Of a stretch of 64,000 nt of DNA, positions 60,445-64,000 are shown in pieces; within the stretch, counting starts at the first letter, position 1, and each line of letters starts with the position of its first letter. The notes beneath the pieces are model-generated. The model was not told the origin of the DNA. It was given only the letters and a program-made list of their open reading frames with translations, and did not search any database. Source of the stretch: Squalus acanthias (Eukaryota); assembly GCA_030390025.1 (NCBI GenBank), contig CM059438.1, positions 55,492,001 through 55,556,000 on the forward strand, given 5' to 3'. Made by a program: the position numbers and the translations under genes.

Positions 60445-63400
60445 TGTGCTGGGTTTAATGGCCTGGGTTGTGCTGGGTTTAATAGCCTGGGTTCTGCTGG
60501 GTTTAATAGCCTGGTGTCCGTCGGTGTCCCTGCTGCTTACACCTGTGGGAAGTGCACCCATCTCCAGCTCCTCGAAAACCGCGTTAGGGAACTGGAGCTG
60601 GAGCTGGATGAACTTCGGATCATTCGGGAGGCAGAGGTGGTCATAGATAGAAGCTTCAGGGATGTAGTTACTCCAAAGAATGAAGATAGATGGGTGACGG
60701 TGAGAGGAGCTAGGAGGAAGCAGTCAGTGCAGGGATCCTCAGTGGTCGTTCCCCTCAGTAACAGGTATACCGCTTTGGATACTGTTGAGGGGGACGACCT
60801 ACCAGTGGTAAGCCACGGTGACCGGATCTCCGGCGCTGAGTCTGTCCCTGTGGCTCAGAAGGGAAGCGGGGAGAGCAGGAGAGCAATAGTTATTGGGGAC
60901 TCAATAGTCAGAGGGACAGATAGGAGGTTCTGTGGCAGCAAAAGAGACTCACGGATGGTATGTTGCCTCCCGGGTGCCAGGGTCCGTGACGTCTCGGACC
61001 GTGTTTTCAGAATCCTCAAGGGGGAGGGGGAACAATCACAAGTCGTGGTACACATCGGTACCAACGACATAGGTAGGAGAAGGGACGGGGATTTAAAACA
61101 GGAATTTAGGGAGCTAGGTTGGAAGCTGAGAGCCAGTACAAACCATGTTGTAATCTCTGGTTTGTTGCCGGTGCCACGTGCTAGCGAGTTGAGGAACAGG
61201 GAGAGAGTGCAGATAAACACGTGGCTGCAGGGATGGTGTAGGGGGGAGGGTTTCAGTTATGTGGATAATTGGAGCACATTCTGGGGAAGGTGGGACCTGT
61301 ACAAACAGGACGGTTTGCACCTGAACCAGAGGGGCACCAATATCCTGGGAGGGAAATTTGCTACGGCTCTTCGGGGGGGTTTAAACTAATTTGTCAGGGG
61401 GATGGGAAAAAGGGCTGTAGTCCAGGAGCCAGTGGTGAGTGTAGGGAGGTACTGAGGAGGGTATCAAGGTCGCAGGAATGTACCGGCAGACAGGAAGGTG
61501 GCTTGAAGTGTGTCTACTTCAATGCAAGGAGCATCTGGAATAAGGTAGGAGAACTTGGAGCGTGGATTGGTACTTGGGACTACGATGTGGTGGCCATTAT
61601 AGAGACATGGTTAGAACAGGGACAGGAATGGTTGTTGGAAGTTCCAGGGTATAGATGTTTCAGTAAGAGTAGGGAAGGTGGTAAGAAAGGTGGAGGAGTA
61701 GCATTGTTAATCAAGGATAGTTTAACAGTGGCAGAAAGGCAGTTCAAGGGGGATCTGCCGTCTGAGGTAATATGGGCTGAAGTTAGAAATAGGAAAGGAG
61801 CGGTCACGTTGTTAGGAGTTTTCTACAGGCCCCCAAATAGTAATAGAGATGTGGAGGAAGAAATTGCAAAGCAGATTATGAATAGGTGTGGAGGTCACAG
61901 AGTAGTTGTCATGGGTGACTTCAACTTTCCAAATATTGATTGGAACCTTTATAGGTCAAACAGTTCGGATGGGATAGTTTTTGCACAGTGTGTGCAGGAG
62001 GGTTTCCTGACACAATATGTGGATAGGCCGACAAGAGCTGGGGCCACATTGGATTTGGTACTGGGTAATGAACCGGGCCAAGTGTTTGATTTGTATGTGG
62101 GAGAGCACTTTGGAGATAGTGACCACAATTCGGTGACTTTCACTATTGCAATGGAGAGGGATAGGGCCATACGGCAGGGCAGGGTTTATAATTGGGGGAG
62201 GGGTAATTATGATTAGGCAAGAATTAGGGAGCATAAGATGGGAACAGAAACTATCAGGGAAAGGCACAAACGAAAAGTGGAGCTTTTTCATGGAGCAATT
62301 ACTGCGTGTCCTTGATAGGTATGTCCCTGTCAGGCAGGGAGGAAATGGCCGAGTGAGAGAACCATGGTTCACAAAAGAGGTTGAATGTCTAGTCAAGAGG
62401 AAAAAGGAAGCGTATGTAAGGATGAGAAAACAAGGTTCAGTTGGGTCGATTGAGGGGTACAAGGTAGCAAGGAATGAGCTAAAAAAAGAGCTTAGGAGAG
62501 CTAGGAGGGGGCATGAGAAGTCCTTGGCGGGTCGGATCAAGGAAAACCCCAAGGCTTTTTACTCTTATGTGAGAAATAAAAGAATGACCAGGGTGAGGGT
62601 AGGGCCGGTCAAGGACAGTAGTGGGAACTTGTGCATGGAGTCAGAAGAGATAGGAGAGGTGATGAATGAATACTTTTCGTCAGTGTTCACCGAGGAGAGG
62701 GGCCATGTTTTTGAGGATGAGAGTGTGATAAAGGTGGATAGGCTGGAGGAGGTAGATGTTCTGAGGGAAGATGTTTTAGCAATTTTGAAGAACCTGAGGG
62801 TCGATAAGTCCCCTGGGCCAGATGGGATATATCCTAGGATTCTTTGGGAGGCAAGGGAGGAGATTGCAGAGCCTTTGGCTTTGATCTTTGGGTCCTCACT
62901 GTCCATGGGGATGGTGCCAGAGGACTGGAGAGTGGCGAATGTTGTTCCTCTCTTCAAGAAAGGAAATAGGAATGACCCTGGTAATTATAGGCCGGTTAGT
63001 CTTACTTCGGTGGTTGGTAAGATAATGGAAAAGGTCCTGAGGGATAGGATTTATGACCATTTGGAAAGATGCAACTTAATCCGGGATAGTCAACACGGAT
63101 TCGTGAAGGGTAAGTCTTGCCTAACAAATTTGATTGAATTCTTTGAGGAGGTAACTAAGTGTGTAGATGAAGGTAGAGCAGTTGATGTCGTATACATGGA
63201 TTTTAGTAAGGCGTTTGATAAGGTTCCCTATGGTCGGCTCATGAAGAAAGTAAGGAGTTGTGGGATAGAGGGAAATTTGGCCGATTGGATAAGTAACTGG
63301 CTATCTCATAGAAGGCAGAGGGTGGTGGTGGATGGAAAATTTTCGGACTGGAGACCAGTTACCAGCGGTGTGCCACAGGGGTCGGTGCTGGGTCCTCTGC

Positions 63401-64000
63401 TGTTTGTGATTTTTATCAATGACTTGGAGGAGGGGACTGAAGGGTGGATCAGTAAATTTGCTGATGACACCAAGATTGGTGGAGTAGTGGATGAGGTGGA
63501 GGGCTGTTGTAAGCTGCAAAGAGACATTGATAGGATGCAGAGCTGGGCCGAAAAATGGCAGATGGAATTTAACCCTGATAAGTGCGAGGTGATTCATTTT
63601 GGTAGGGCAAATTTGAATAAGGATTACAGGGTCAACGGCAGGGTTCTGAGGAACGTGGAGGAACAGAGGGATCTGGGGGTTCATATCCACAGATCTCCGA
63701 AGGTTGCCACTCAAGTGGATAGAGCAGTAAAGAAGGCCTATAGTGTGTTAGCGTTTATTAACAAGGGGTTTGAGTTTAAGAACCGTGAGGTTATGCTGCA
63801 ACTGTACAGGACCTTGGTGAGACCACATTTGGAATATTGTGTGCAGTTCTGGTCACCTCACTATAGGAAGGACGTGGAAGCATTGGAAAGAGTGCAAAGG
63901 AGATTTACCAGGATCCTGCCTGGTTTGGGGGGGAGGTCTTATGAGGAAAGATTGAGGGAGCTAGGGCTTTTCTCTTTAGAGCAGAGGAGGATGAGAGGCG
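60445..64000 (+). mobile_element. CR1 LINE (runs past the window end)
   Basis: ORF1 60514-61389 (CGKC, coiled coil, esterase). ORF2 from ~61500 has a frameshift near 62212, then RT motifs. Confidence 0.93.

Overview
Eukaryotic (vertebrate) genomic DNA, most likely a cartilaginous fish judging from the repeat families (esterase-ORF1 CR1 LINEs, a SacSINE1/DeuSINE-like SINE, Penelope-like elements); the taxon is inferred, not proven. Most of the window is nested transposable elements: about 10 CR1 copies or fragments, an RTE LINE, L2 fragments, two Penelope-like element (PLE) families with hammerhead-ribozyme terminal repeats, PIF/Harbinger DNA transposons (one full-length, one split, one relic, several MITEs), LTR remnants and large mini/microsatellites. 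One host gene, not recoverable from the ORF track without splicing, lies on the minus strand at 30633-33667: a 3-exon, 136-aa serglycin-like secreted protein. Its Ser-Gly glycosaminoglycan tract (SGSGYGSGSG) and its RKAKY motif survive in the DNA but sit out of frame, apparently through compensating indels, while the overall ORF stays open. Other notable items are an LTR fragment ending exactly at an 18-nt tRNA-Arg primer-binding site (possible strong-stop cDNA capture), a Harbinger with a dead transposase but an intact spliced Myb/SANT gene, and PLE breakpoints that cluster at hammerhead cores. Homology calls are from memory and motif reading; no database searches were run.
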